Shown here: positions 31,801 through 38,802 of the stretch, in pieces
Layout of the letters: each line of letters starts with the position of its first letter
How positions within the stretch are numbered: the first letter of the stretch is position 1
Virus record (IMG/VR): IMGVR_UViG_3300025289_000030
Span: 1-55,982 of that record
DNA length: 55,982 nt
Reading direction: 5' to 3' (one strand)
Origin: a virus
Taxonomy: Duplodnaviria; Caudoviricetes
Program-made: the position numbers and the translations under genes
Notes under the pieces: model-generated
What the model was told of the DNA's origin: nothing
The model's database searches: none
The model's input: the letters and a program-made list of their open reading frames with translations, nothing else

Positions 31801-32056
31801 AGGTAAAAGTGCTGTGCAAGAGATAAAAGAAGAAAGACTTAAAAAACAAAGAGTAGAAACTTTAGGTCGAGCAGCTTATGATGTTCTTACTTATGATGAA
31901 ATATATGAACTTACTAAATTAGCTGGACCACAGATAAAACAAGGTATAAATAGACTTATGAATAAAAAATTAACTGGTGAAAAATTACAAGATGAAATAG
32001 AAAAAATGACTAAAGAAGCAAGACGTAATGCAAAAATTAAATATTTTAAATATTAA
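25814..32056 (+). CDS. Large internal virion protein with lytic transglycosylase and zincin-like motif
   Basis: SLT motifs AIAKQESG, GLMQIMP, ALAAYNAG at the N-terminus; HEIGH followed later by SEYFAN; 2080 aa, no Cys seen. Confidence 0.8.
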   Translation: MANGEESVELLSPDEFVTNFEGDFQNTVSSVEGSPITTQISTTEEAISNDPIQTTLEETAYKYNLEPSLLKAIAKQESGTKEGFNPNAKGTSGETGLMQIMPTNWKKYGGGEDPYNVEENVDIGANILLDEITRFSGNEDLALAAYNAGSPAVINAIEKAGYSIKDAKNITFDDIKAYLPDITQEYVPSVKSKLYASKEDTLNSYSSGETLGTEEDLKKVLDPIISDPAFNTLSATQSMQVLKRVYDSKTFWNKKARDTIQKLSTEIWDSAMPNEKPNYGSLINSVPEITGNEKDPDKLLNTWKNKQLEMLRSSGYDPILLGNGIIGYLDAAIDNEKTASRYRNRGLVGTALSEGTSTAALVGKGFVSGLSGMAAAPFRLAGYEDFAKMIDKTSELLPDPARNTVYSVDDKGYIRRDEYGRPITTFQAEWTGAVGNVLSFIAPYKALQAANMPRAAVAFGISQNVLLTANSAYLQAKEEGVTDNEALKAALFAEPSVLAGALGDFIVAGGGKAWIKGLGPVNRAKAIATQAGKGAFIMGASGAAQKYVQDLGVSAAINKDVTSLKETGKAALAMGIAGAVTYPFTSKYEVRPEVLDKDFPVPEAQKALSAPETRELPWSAEGKKLLPYNPEDPTPIEAGTKLHALDLPQPDEQIRLAKSFEDFQNSPDMERTFIIRSPSDVDPELVANFGYVPEILPDGRLKVTKETTHVPEEITGEAPEGTIPRIEMLSKELAVIPKQEEVPNLIARRTELQTKIKELEPQTKAIIGTVNELIPKRQELIKEVTTLKRSSKKEGANKALIKSRLADVRNEVAIINTFLKEHPLENNLSELKTELKLVNDNIKQIGRPSYLNNIKAKENELKDLIITKEIGELERVSQEKEIAKKVRREQQGAIIETKKGKRYIYPFEKKWYVLNEKGEALSNGMDYFIDAANTAKGIISTEAERGFIPSVEKGIIEKPLQFKKTIEVPKIAEEIPAMKRSKLTGAMYSDEIKPEFRNLLNYWAHALKLPETIFATLKDINNPEFRKHLSEEQLKFVDEVTKQFTPKTLLGAGKTVGDKGIVILGKGDLNYESARVASHEIGHVLETSAFKEASPKMKDAVSKDLAKAIGGLNLNDPVSKWASQIIGPDSIFEGDTRPYNSLTPEEKSYLLHQSEYFANNVSEFLLNPKKRPATLADSFYKNIAEKFKELWTGLKNAFRPSESIQNWLNDYFDTTRGKEFLETLPPEKEPTKIFKEGEKERKFAKRVREAESTTAETAEKIGKKSYKPKSPKEAAKFFREKIKPETIDENINEATDFDNNLSYQDRTAYGIEIINELRRQIETSKKEGKSIDALTSKEADLVGKMAEEGTRLGQGVQAFTLFSSMSRESMLKKFKRDLKKFNGKDFEIPPELEEQIKAIHNKIQEVFTEAKIPTNEIKETSNLVVDALTREALNLISTQIKAPLSKALSYYWYANMLSGLSTQTINIAGSGMNLFGRGLATAITNPKNFDAFIKGIVKAAPKAIESAKGVFTGKYPISGKYENRILGKTIIPITGFENKLFNNLMAKPLNFLNNKLSFVFKAMNSADAFFYVTGKEGQAYFATKRALKQEGLRGEALRVKISEELHNSTNEFINAKEQATREWEASGLKFKDRDVNLRAYEIIDNLRSEAIKEISKRFGQLITFTEPPAGSLGGIAKMLKAGMEYISPLKIIFPFVDVVSNVLSQSLDFSPIGIARAALGEHITDFMQQKLGGKTSGITFGPEERLQRLGAGIIGTTLGAVIYKEAEKYLDDPDPKFSIYARGPTNKGEAATLKSAGFKPYTIKIGDTYLRYSETPLAPLLAWIGELHDAYRYSPSFNKKDPGEKFLIGLTNVGKVVLDTGFLKGAANLVDTIRGEKSPRDLVLNPTKSLIPFKGLLNDIAKTTDAFETDPKSFLAATVRGLPFIQGYAGKPALNAFGEPIETYQFLKDYPALSTFVTPIAGRFATTKTVNPEWKFLVENGAYVPQMGTNTSIGISGKSAVQEIKEERLKKQRVETLGRAAYDVLTYDEIYELTKLAGPQIKQGINRLMNKKLTGEKLQDEIEKMTKEARRNAKIKYFKY

Positions 32057-32276
32057 CAAAATATTTTAATTCTAAATTCTCTACTATATTATAACATTTT
32101 TTTTGACATTCTACTATAGCTTCACCTAGTAAACTCATAGAATACGTTTTAGCTAATTTATCTATTTCTCCTATAACTTCTTTTAAAGCATATTTAAGGT
32201 CTTCAGCACGTATAATGGCTTCTAATCTTTCTTCATCTTCTATTGATTCAATTAAAAATTCAAGCTTCGTCTTCAA
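32046..32276 (-). CDS. Hypothetical protein
   Basis: 76 aa; converges on and overlaps the end of the virion operon. Confidence 0.5.
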   Translation of the reverse strand: MKTKLEFLIESIEDEERLEAIIRAEDLKYALKEVIGEIDKLAKTYSMSLLGEAIVECQKKCYNIVENLELKYFVNI

Positions 32277-32691
32277 TATACTTTTCCTTAAGTACTAATT
32301 TAAGCCAATCTGTAGCATCCATAACTACTAGCCAAGGCTCACTGCTTTTTTTCTGTGCTATCATTGGGATTAGTCCTTTAGCATCGTGCCTAGCTTGTTT
32401 CATATATTTATGTACTGGAAAATTCTCAGTGCCTTTAACTTCCATTGAAAATTCAGGTAAATCATCTGGAGCAATTACATCTCCCAATCCTTCTTTACCA
32501 TTAAATTGGGCTGACCTACGTGCTGATTTAGCACCATGAAATTTTAGAAAATTAGCCCATTCACGCTCTCTTCTCGACCCCTTGTGTTTTGATTTCTTCC
32601 CCGTATGAGAATATATTTTTCCCAATTTCTCCTTCGAGAGCATCTTCTTCTCTAACACTTTTAAGGATTCTTCGATTGAGCTTAATTGCAT
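32260..32691 (-). CDS. Holliday junction resolvase (Hjc-like PD-(D/E)xK)
   Basis: SKHKGSRRERE...ARRSAQ...GDV...MEVK...WLVVM motif set; true start probably at an internal Met. Confidence 0.75.
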   Translation of the reverse strand: MQLSSIEESLKVLEKKMLSKEKLGKIYSHTGKKSKHKGSRREREWANFLKFHGAKSARRSAQFNGKEGLGDVIAPDDLPEFSMEVKGTENFPVHKYMKQARHDAKGLIPMIAQKKSSEPWLVVMDATDWLKLVLKEKYIEDEA

Positions 32692-32983
32692 AGTCTACTC
32701 TATATTTTATGTAAGTTAAATGTTTTTCATTTAAATTTAAAAGGTCTTTTACATCTTCAAATTTAATATATTCATTGTTTGATCCATTATAATTTCTTGT
32801 AAACCATAAAATAGCATCGCGTCTGAACCGATATGGTGCATGACTCTGAAGATCCCAAAGTGCTCTTTGAAGCATTGCACCATAAAGTAATATAACAGGC
32901 AAATGTTCTGGCGAATAATAATTTATTAAATTTTCATCTAGTTTATAATTAATGCCGTTCGTACAACCATTAATATCATTCAT
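32561..32983 (-). CDS. Conserved hypothetical phage protein
   Basis: AMLQRALWDL...AILWF...FEDVKDLL pattern seen in small helical phage proteins. Confidence 0.5.
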   Translation of the reverse strand: MNDINGCTNGINYKLDENLINYYSPEHLPVILLYGAMLQRALWDLQSHAPYRFRRDAILWFTRNYNGSNNEYIKFEDVKDLLNLNEKHLTYIKYRVDYAIKLNRRILKSVREEDALEGEIGKNIFSYGEEIKTQGVEKRA

Positions 32984-32995
32984 ACATAAAGCGAT

Positions 32996-33018
32996 GAACC
33001 GTTACTTAATAACGGTTC
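32996..33018 (-). terminator. Hairpin/terminator
   Basis: GAACCGTTA-cttaa-TAACGGTTC, perfect 9-bp stem downstream of 33029..33373. Confidence 0.5.
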
Positions 33019-33028
33019 TTAAATATAA

Positions 33029-33373
33029 TTACTTCTTTAAATTAGCCCCAAAACCAGCAGCACCTAATGTAGCTGCTATAATCTGTAATTCATTACTATA
33101 AGGCAGTAACCAAGGAATACCATAAGATAAAGTAAGTAAAGTTGCTGCTACTGAAGCAAAACTACTTAATTTATTTTTATCTAAAGTACTGCCTATAACA
33201 GCATGACCTAATCCAGTAGCTCCAAATAAACCAGCTAATAACTGAACTATTTGATTAACAGTATCAGCTCCAGGAATTAAGGCAATTAAACTAGATAGAG
33301 CTGATAAAGCACCAGCAATACCTCGCTTTACTCCCTTAGATTTGAATAACAGTTTTTCTATGAATTTACTCAT
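33029..33373 (-). CDS. Multi-TM membrane protein, holin candidate
   Basis: Basic N-terminus and four hydrophobic segments as two internal repeats (QLLAGLFGATGLG / QIIAATLGAAGFG). Confidence 0.55.
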   Translation of the reverse strand: MSKFIEKLLFKSKGVKRGIAGALSALSSLIALIPGADTVNQIVQLLAGLFGATGLGHAVIGSTLDKNKLSSFASVAATLLTLSYGIPWLLPYSNELQIIAATLGAAGFGANLKK

Positions 33374-33430
33374 ATATTAAATCCTTTTTAAAAGAACAAC
33401 TTACAACACCAATTATATCATTAAAAAAGC

Positions 33431-33610
33431 TTAGTAACCAGCGGCTGCTAGTTTTTTTGCTTTTTTAACTTTTTTGGTTTTCTTTACTTTTTTAGCTTTT
33501 TTTACAGCTTTTACTTTCTTTACTTTTTTTGCTTTTGGCATGTTTTTTGCTCCTTTTTGTTTTATAACACCAGTTAAAATATCATTTATATATTGTTCAT
33601 TATTAGCCAT
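33431..33610 (-). CDS. Histone H1-like Lys-rich micro-protein (59 aa; alternative start 33541 gives 36 aa)
   Basis: Manual translation MANNEQYINDILTGVIKQKGAKNMPKAKKVKKVKAVKKAKKVKKTKKVKKAKKLAAAGY; both starts have AGGA(G) RBS; not in ORF track. Confidence 0.7.
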   Translation of the reverse strand: MANNEQYINDILTGVIKQKGAKNMPKAKKVKKVKAVKKAKKVKKTKKVKKAKKLAAAGY

Positions 33611-33621
33611 ATTACAGTCCT

Positions 33622-34629
33622 TTATATTGGAGGTAAAAGAGTTTGAAGTTCTGTTATATCTGCATGAATAGATACTAAATCTGTATTAATAACTACTATA
33701 TCATTTTTACTTTGATCTACATCTGTTCTAAGAGAAGTTACATCTAATTGAATAGTTGTTACATTAGAATTAATAAGACCAATATTTGTATTAATTGAAG
33801 TTATATCAGTAGTAGCTATTGATAGACTTGAATCAAGATTAGCTACATTAGTATTAATAGCTGATACATTAGCATTAGTAGTTATTAATCCTGATTCAAC
33901 AATAGCTGTAGCTGCACTAATAGCAGATACATTATTATTAGTAGCTATTAAACTAGCATCAAGATTAGCAACATTATTATTAGTAGCAAATAAATTTGTG
34001 TCAACTGAAGATATAAGAGTACTAAGTGTAGATACATTTGTACTAGTAATATCTAAATTTGTAGTAAGAGTAACTACAGAAGCATTAAGAGCAGCTACAT
34101 TAGCGTTAGTAGCGGCAAAATTTGCATCAACATTACCTACAAGTATATTAGTAGCTACTAAATTTGCCTCTACAGTATCTAAATCTGAATCAATAGTAGC
34201 TAAATTTGCATTAATATTCACTATATCTGTTTTAGCAGTCGCCACATCTTCAGTCAAAATAAGTACTGCGCCTGTATTAAGAGTTTCTAAAGTTAACTTA
34301 ATATCAATTATATCTTGTTTAATTAGTACAGCATCTGCACTAAGAGCGACTACTTCATCTGCATTTATGGATTGTAAAGCAGCTTTAACATCTATCATAT
34401 CTTGTTTAAGAGTTTCTACATCAGAAACTAAAGCAGCTATAGCTACAGGATTAATTAATGCTAAAGCTGTATCTACTTTTGTATTTAAAGTCGCTTGACT
34501 ATTATTTATATTAACAACTAGTGCTGCAAGTTCAGCACTAAATTGTTGAAAAAGAGGCTCAAGCACAGCTAATTTATTTTCGTGTTGTATCCAAAGTACT
34601 TCAAAAGAACTAGGTGTTACTGTTGTCAT
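33622..34629 (-). CDS. Long trimeric coiled-coil fibre-like protein
   Basis: Continuous heptads with repeated TNANV/TNNNV (Asn-at-core layers); likely start MTTVTPSS at 34629. Confidence 0.6.
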   Translation of the reverse strand: MTTVTPSSFEVLWIQHENKLAVLEPLFQQFSAELAALVVNINNSQATLNTKVDTALALINPVAIAALVSDVETLKQDMIDVKAALQSINADEVVALSADAVLIKQDIIDIKLTLETLNTGAVLILTEDVATAKTDIVNINANLATIDSDLDTVEANLVATNILVGNVDANFAATNANVAALNASVVTLTTNLDITSTNVSTLSTLISSVDTNLFATNNNVANLDASLIATNNNVSAISAATAIVESGLITTNANVSAINTNVANLDSSLSIATTDITSINTNIGLINSNVTTIQLDVTSLRTDVDQSKNDIVVINTDLVSIHADITELQTLLPPI

Positions 34630-35029
34630 TTTCCCAAAAACTCCTTCCAAAAATTCTACTTAAATAATAGAATGGAACTGCTAAAAATTTATACCATTTT
34701 CCTTTACCAATCAAGATAATATTTTTATAAAGGTAAAGGTCGGCTTCTTTTCTCGTATGAAATACTTGGTAAACTGGACTAGAATACATATAATCATGTA
34801 CTTTACAAACATCAGTTAAAACATGGTCATATGGCAATGAAATATTTCCTACACCACATCTATTTACAGGATCTACTGAAGAATCAATATTATAAAAAGC
34901 ATAAATAGTATTACTTTTATCTCTCCAAAATCCCCAAACATCTTTAGTAATTTCTAGTACTTTACCTCTAAAAACTACATATTTACTTTTTAGACTTAGT
35001 TCGTTTTTTCTTTCTTCGCTTTTTTCCAT
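34610..35029 (-). CDS. Phospholipase A2-like / DUF1353-like protein
   Basis: RCGVG...VCKVHDYMY...RKEADLYL matches the CG.G / CxxHDxxY / D catalytic pattern. Confidence 0.6.
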   Translation of the reverse strand: MEKSEERKNELSLKSKYVVFRGKVLEITKDVWGFWRDKSNTIYAFYNIDSSVDPVNRCGVGNISLPYDHVLTDVCKVHDYMYSSPVYQVFHTRKEADLYLYKNIILIGKGKWYKFLAVPFYYLSRIFGRSFWENDNSNT

Positions 35030-35159
35030 GCTTACTTTTAGTAATTCCTTCTAATTTACCTTCATTTTCCATTGCATAAAATACTTGCTTTCCTTTTTTT
35101 GCTCCATATTGTTTAAGCATGCTCTTAAGAATTTTAGCGCCTTTACTAGTTAATGGCAT
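34983..35159 (-). CDS. Small basic phage protein (58 aa)
   Basis: Manual translation MPLTSKGAKILKSMLKQYGAKKGKQVFYAMENEGKLEGITKSKHGKKRRKKKRTKSKK; AAGGA RBS; not in ORF track. Confidence 0.75.
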   Translation of the reverse strand: MPLTSKGAKILKSMLKQYGAKKGKQVFYAMENEGKLEGITKSKHGKKRRKKKRTKSKK

Positions 35160-35180
35160 TTTATTTTTCCTTTATAAAAT

Positions 35181-35208
35181 TACTCCATATTTTAAAGAAT
35201 ATGGAGTA
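35181..35208 (-). terminator. Hairpin/terminator
   Basis: TACTCCATATT-ttaaag-AATATGGAGTA, 11-bp stem just downstream of the Acb2/Tad1-like gene. Confidence 0.6.
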
Positions 35209-35213
35209 TTTAA

Positions 35214-35486
35214 TTAAGCGCATGGCGATTGTTCTATTTCTTCTCCATTAATATTTCTGCTAGCCACATCATCTAAACAAATTCCTTTTATACCCCACAT
35301 AAGTGCTTCTTCTAACTTAGTATAGCAAAGAGCTGTTTCACGAGAACAGCTTAAATTAGATCTAAGCATTTGTTCTAAATGACTAAACATTTCTCTTAGA
35401 AGTTCGCATTTAAGCTTATTATCATCAGATAAATCAGAAATATAAGCAAAATTACAAGTAGAGTTTCTTTTACAATTAGTTTCCAT
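35214..35486 (-). CDS. Acb2/Tad1-like cyclic-nucleotide sponge (anti-defence) candidate
   Basis: SRETALCYTKLEEALMWGIKGI matches the RExxLxxTKLEEAxMW helical-hairpin signature; start METNCK at 35486 after AGGGA. Confidence 0.7.
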   Translation of the reverse strand: METNCKRNSTCNFAYISDLSDDNKLKCELLREMFSHLEQMLRSNLSCSRETALCYTKLEEALMWGIKGICLDDVASRNINGEEIEQSPCA

Positions 35487-35542
35487 ATTAATTTCCCTAA
35501 AAAATAAAGTTTCAATCAAAATAATATGGAATGCAGGTTAAG

Positions 35543-35704
35543 TCAACAATGATAATCCATATAACAAAAATTATCTGTGGGACAATTTATATATTGATAA
35601 CGAATACATTTTTTATTAACTGTAAGAGGCGTACAACTGCTTAAAAATACTATAATAAATAACGCGATAAATTCTATAATAATTATAATAAGTATTAATC
35701 TCAA
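35543..35704 (-). CDS. Small Cys-rich lipoprotein (53 aa)
   Basis: TTG start overlapping the upstream TGA; MRLILIIIIIEFIALFIIVFLSS-C lipobox, then four more Cys; not in ORF track. Confidence 0.55.
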   Translation of the reverse strand: MRLILIIIIIEFIALFIIVFLSSCTPLTVNKKCIRYQYINCPTDNFCYMDYHC

Positions 35705-36075
35705 ATTAATATCTCTTTAATGCTTTTAGGATGGATACTATTTAGAATATGATTAGTAGTCCTGGCATCAAAGCCAATTCCTTTAACTATATCCTCCCAA
35801 GGGACTCCTTTACCTTCATAAAGTACTACATCTTCATAATTAAGCCCAAGTCTCGGTACTTTAAGTTTTCTAGAAACATGCCCTACTAAATGTAGAGGTA
35901 CTTTGCCCCTAAGTTTCCAATTAAGAGGAGCTTGTTGATGCACTCTCAAAAGTTTACTTACTTCAGTAACCCCCCCAAACTTTTCCCAAAGATATTGAAT
36001 AAGTAGTGCTTGACCTTGCGTTCTTTTAAGAGTATGTCTTTCTCCACCACGAAGATCTAATTTTTTATTTTTCAT
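35701..36075 (-). CDS. Cro/YdaS-like HTH transcriptional regulator
   Basis: FGGVTEVSKLLRVHQQAPLNWKLRGKVP helix-turn-helix pattern; likely start MKNKK at 36075. Confidence 0.65.
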   Translation of the reverse strand: MKNKKLDLRGGERHTLKRTQGQALLIQYLWEKFGGVTEVSKLLRVHQQAPLNWKLRGKVPLHLVGHVSRKLKVPRLGLNYEDVVLYEGKGVPWEDIVKGIGFDARTTNHILNSIHPKSIKEILI

Positions 36076-36112
36076 AACTTCATTATATATCAAAACGATT
36101 GTAATTACAAGC

Positions 36113-37954
36113 TTATGTTTTTGCCGCAGCCCAAGAGTTACCACTTCCTACTTTAACTAAATTATTTATAACACCATTTGGAAAAACACTTAAGTAGCCA
36201 TCAATCATAGCTTTTTTAATAGCATTTTTTACTATTAATTTATTAACTTTACCATCAGAACATTCAACTAGAATTTCATCATGCACACAATTTACAATAT
36301 GAGCATTTAATTTTTTTTCGTCAATAATATTTTGTAAAATAACTAAAGCATAAAGCATAACTTCAGCAGCACCGCCTTGAATAGGAGTATTCATAGCAGT
36401 ACCATAAGTATTTTCTTTATCTAATTTTCTTACTTTACCGCATGGTGTAGTTACTCTAAGAGTACTTGAACCAATATCGACTTGATTCATCTGCCATTTA
36501 GTGTAGCCAGAGTAAGTAGTTCTAAAAGCATTTATTGCGTCATATGCTTCATCGTCACTTACTTCTACACCATAAGATTTTTTAGCATAGTGTGAAAACT
36601 TCTTAGCGCCTAAACCAAAAAGAAACCCAAAATTAGCAGCTTTAGCACTTTGGCGTTCAGTCTCTGTTACATGCTTAATATTTTTTCCTGATATTTTAGC
36701 GGCAGTTAACGCATGTAAATCTAGACCATCTCTATAAGCTTTAAGCATATTCTTATCCTGACTCACTTCGGCTGCTACTCTAAGTTCTATTTGATTATAA
36801 TCAGCACAGATAAATGTGTAACCATTTTTTGGTATAAAGTTACCCCGTATACCAGAATCTTTTGGAGCATTTTGCATGTTAGGTCTAGTACTTGATAGTC
36901 TTCCTGTTCTTGTGCCACATATATTGTAACTTGCATGTATTCTTTCACTTTTAGGATTTATCATATTAATTAAATTAAACCCGTAAGTAGATGTGAGTTT
37001 TTCTTTAGTCTGAAATTCATGAAAAGGCTTAACAATAGGTAAATAAGAAAAGTCACTAAAGGTGTGGTTATCTGTAGAAAGTTTTCCTTTTTCAGTTCTA
37101 GGCCAGAGATATAACACCTCTTTAGGTAAATTACCTTCCAGCCAAGTAGCAATTGTATGACTTGTAATTTTATTAAGTCCTGTTATCTTTTCAACTTCTT
37201 TTTTAGCTTTATAAAGATCTTCTCTCCATTTTAGAATCATTTCTTGATGGTGTTCTTTATTAATTCTAAGACCGTTTAGTTCTAATTTAGCTATTGGATA
37301 AATTGCATCTTTATATAGTTTATAAATTCTTTCTAGTTTAAATTTCTCTAAGCCGATTACTAATTTTTCCGCTAATTTTAAAACTAACACTGCATCAAGA
37401 GCAGCATATTCAATTTGTTCAAAGGTAAGAAACTTATTACCCCAAGCAGAAGCTTGTAACTCTTTATTAACTTTTTCCTTAAAAACTGTTTCAATAAGTG
37501 CATCTAGTCCAAAGGATAGTCCAGCATCATTTGGGTATGTTGCATGCATAATGAGTTTAGCTAATATCATAGTACAACCTATATTTGGCTTTTTTATACC
37601 GTAATTAAGTAGAAATTTCATTTCAAACATCGCGTTATGTGCTATAAACCTTTTAGTTTGAAGTAATTTAGCTAATTCAAATTTTTCCCAATTAACTTTT
37701 TTCATGTCAATTACGTAAGAAGTAACACCATCAAAAATTTGAATGAGTCTAATATAAGCAAGATGTGGCGATAATCCTGCCGTTTTTCCTAAATGTGTAT
37801 ATTCAGATAATGGTGCTGTTTCAATATCAAGACCAAGTAAGTTATCACACTTATTTAAAACTTTAAGTGCGTTTTCAAGCATAGTATCGTTAGTTATATA
37901 CTTAGCTTTATAAGTTTCGCCGTTAAATTTTATTCTAAATTTTTTAATTTTCAT
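36113..37954 (-). CDS. polA: DNA polymerase family A with 3'-5' exonuclease
   Basis: Exo motifs LDIET, HNAMFE, YAALD; TGRLSS; motif A ADYNQIELR; motif B RQSAKAANFGFLFG; motif C VHDE. Confidence 0.95.
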   Translation of the reverse strand: MKIKKFRIKFNGETYKAKYITNDTMLENALKVLNKCDNLLGLDIETAPLSEYTHLGKTAGLSPHLAYIRLIQIFDGVTSYVIDMKKVNWEKFELAKLLQTKRFIAHNAMFEMKFLLNYGIKKPNIGCTMILAKLIMHATYPNDAGLSFGLDALIETVFKEKVNKELQASAWGNKFLTFEQIEYAALDAVLVLKLAEKLVIGLEKFKLERIYKLYKDAIYPIAKLELNGLRINKEHHQEMILKWREDLYKAKKEVEKITGLNKITSHTIATWLEGNLPKEVLYLWPRTEKGKLSTDNHTFSDFSYLPIVKPFHEFQTKEKLTSTYGFNLINMINPKSERIHASYNICGTRTGRLSSTRPNMQNAPKDSGIRGNFIPKNGYTFICADYNQIELRVAAEVSQDKNMLKAYRDGLDLHALTAAKISGKNIKHVTETERQSAKAANFGFLFGLGAKKFSHYAKKSYGVEVSDDEAYDAINAFRTTYSGYTKWQMNQVDIGSSTLRVTTPCGKVRKLDKENTYGTAMNTPIQGGAAEVMLYALVILQNIIDEKKLNAHIVNCVHDEILVECSDGKVNKLIVKNAIKKAMIDGYLSVFPNGVINNLVKVGSGNSWAAAKT

Positions 37955-38010
37955 AAGAAAAATGTGGGCTACTTGTGACAAAAGTAACCCACTAAAGTAT
38001 GGTCGGTAGT

Positions 38011-38760
38011 TTATAGTTTATTTAAAGCTGAATCTAATTTTCTTTTGGGTCTTCCTTTTCCTTTAGCTGCAAGCTTTGTCGGAATTTCTTCATCATCATG
38101 TTCCTCTTTCTCTTCGTCTTCATCCTCATCCTCATCATTATCATCTTCTGAATCATCATCATCTTCATCTTCATCTTCCTCTTTTGAATCTTCATCTAGA
38201 GCTGTTAAAAATGAACTTAAGTCGCGATTAGCACCGCCATAACGAGTACCATCGTCTTTTATAAACTGCACTAATTCTAGTTTAAAGCTGACTCCCTTAG
38301 CAGTTATAATTGGAGTCACTAAAATACGACCTTCAGCACCACCAATAATTTCAGACGGCATAATTTTCTCTTCATCTTTACTATAAATATCTACTGCTTT
38401 TGCATTACGAGCAACTAGAATAAATCTATTTTCATAGTAAGGATATTTTTCTAAGTCAAATCCATCGCCGTCTTTTGCAGCGTCAAGGCCACTTAATTTA
38501 GCAGGATTTTTATGATTATAAAGTTCTAACATCTCTTTAACCATAAAATTTACTTTACGGTAAAATTCCTTAACTTTTTTATCATTTTGATCAAGAAGTA
38601 GAGTTACTTCATAGCGAGGGGCACCATCAAAACCTTGCGGCACATCTTTTGGTTTTATGAGACTAGGCCAGCAGAATCTTCCTACTGGAGTCATAATTGG
38701 TTCTCCGTAAACGTGACCGAATTTTGGGTGTTTATAATATTTACTTTTATATTTTTTCAT
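38011..38760 (-). CDS. ssDNA-binding protein (DUF2815 / T7 gp2.5-like)
   Basis: TPVGRFCWPSL..P, YEVTLL, VQFIKDDGTRYGG, long acidic tail; adjacent to polA. Confidence 0.8.
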   Translation of the reverse strand: MKKYKSKYYKHPKFGHVYGEPIMTPVGRFCWPSLIKPKDVPQGFDGAPRYEVTLLLDQNDKKVKEFYRKVNFMVKEMLELYNHKNPAKLSGLDAAKDGDGFDLEKYPYYENRFILVARNAKAVDIYSKDEEKIMPSEIIGGAEGRILVTPIITAKGVSFKLELVQFIKDDGTRYGGANRDLSSFLTALDEDSKEEDEDEDDDDSEDDNDEDEDEDEEKEEHDDEEIPTKLAAKGKGRPKRKLDSALNKL

Positions 38761-38802
38761 TTTATATTTCCTTATATTTTAAGTTTTTTAAGTTTTTAAT
38801 TT

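Noticed and set aside
33474-34498. Plus-strand ORFs 33474..33671 and 33998..34498
   Set aside because: Antisense shadows of the Lys-rich peptide and the coiled-coil gene
38045-38242. Poly-Ser ORF on the plus strand
   Set aside because: Reverse complement of the SSB acidic D/E tail
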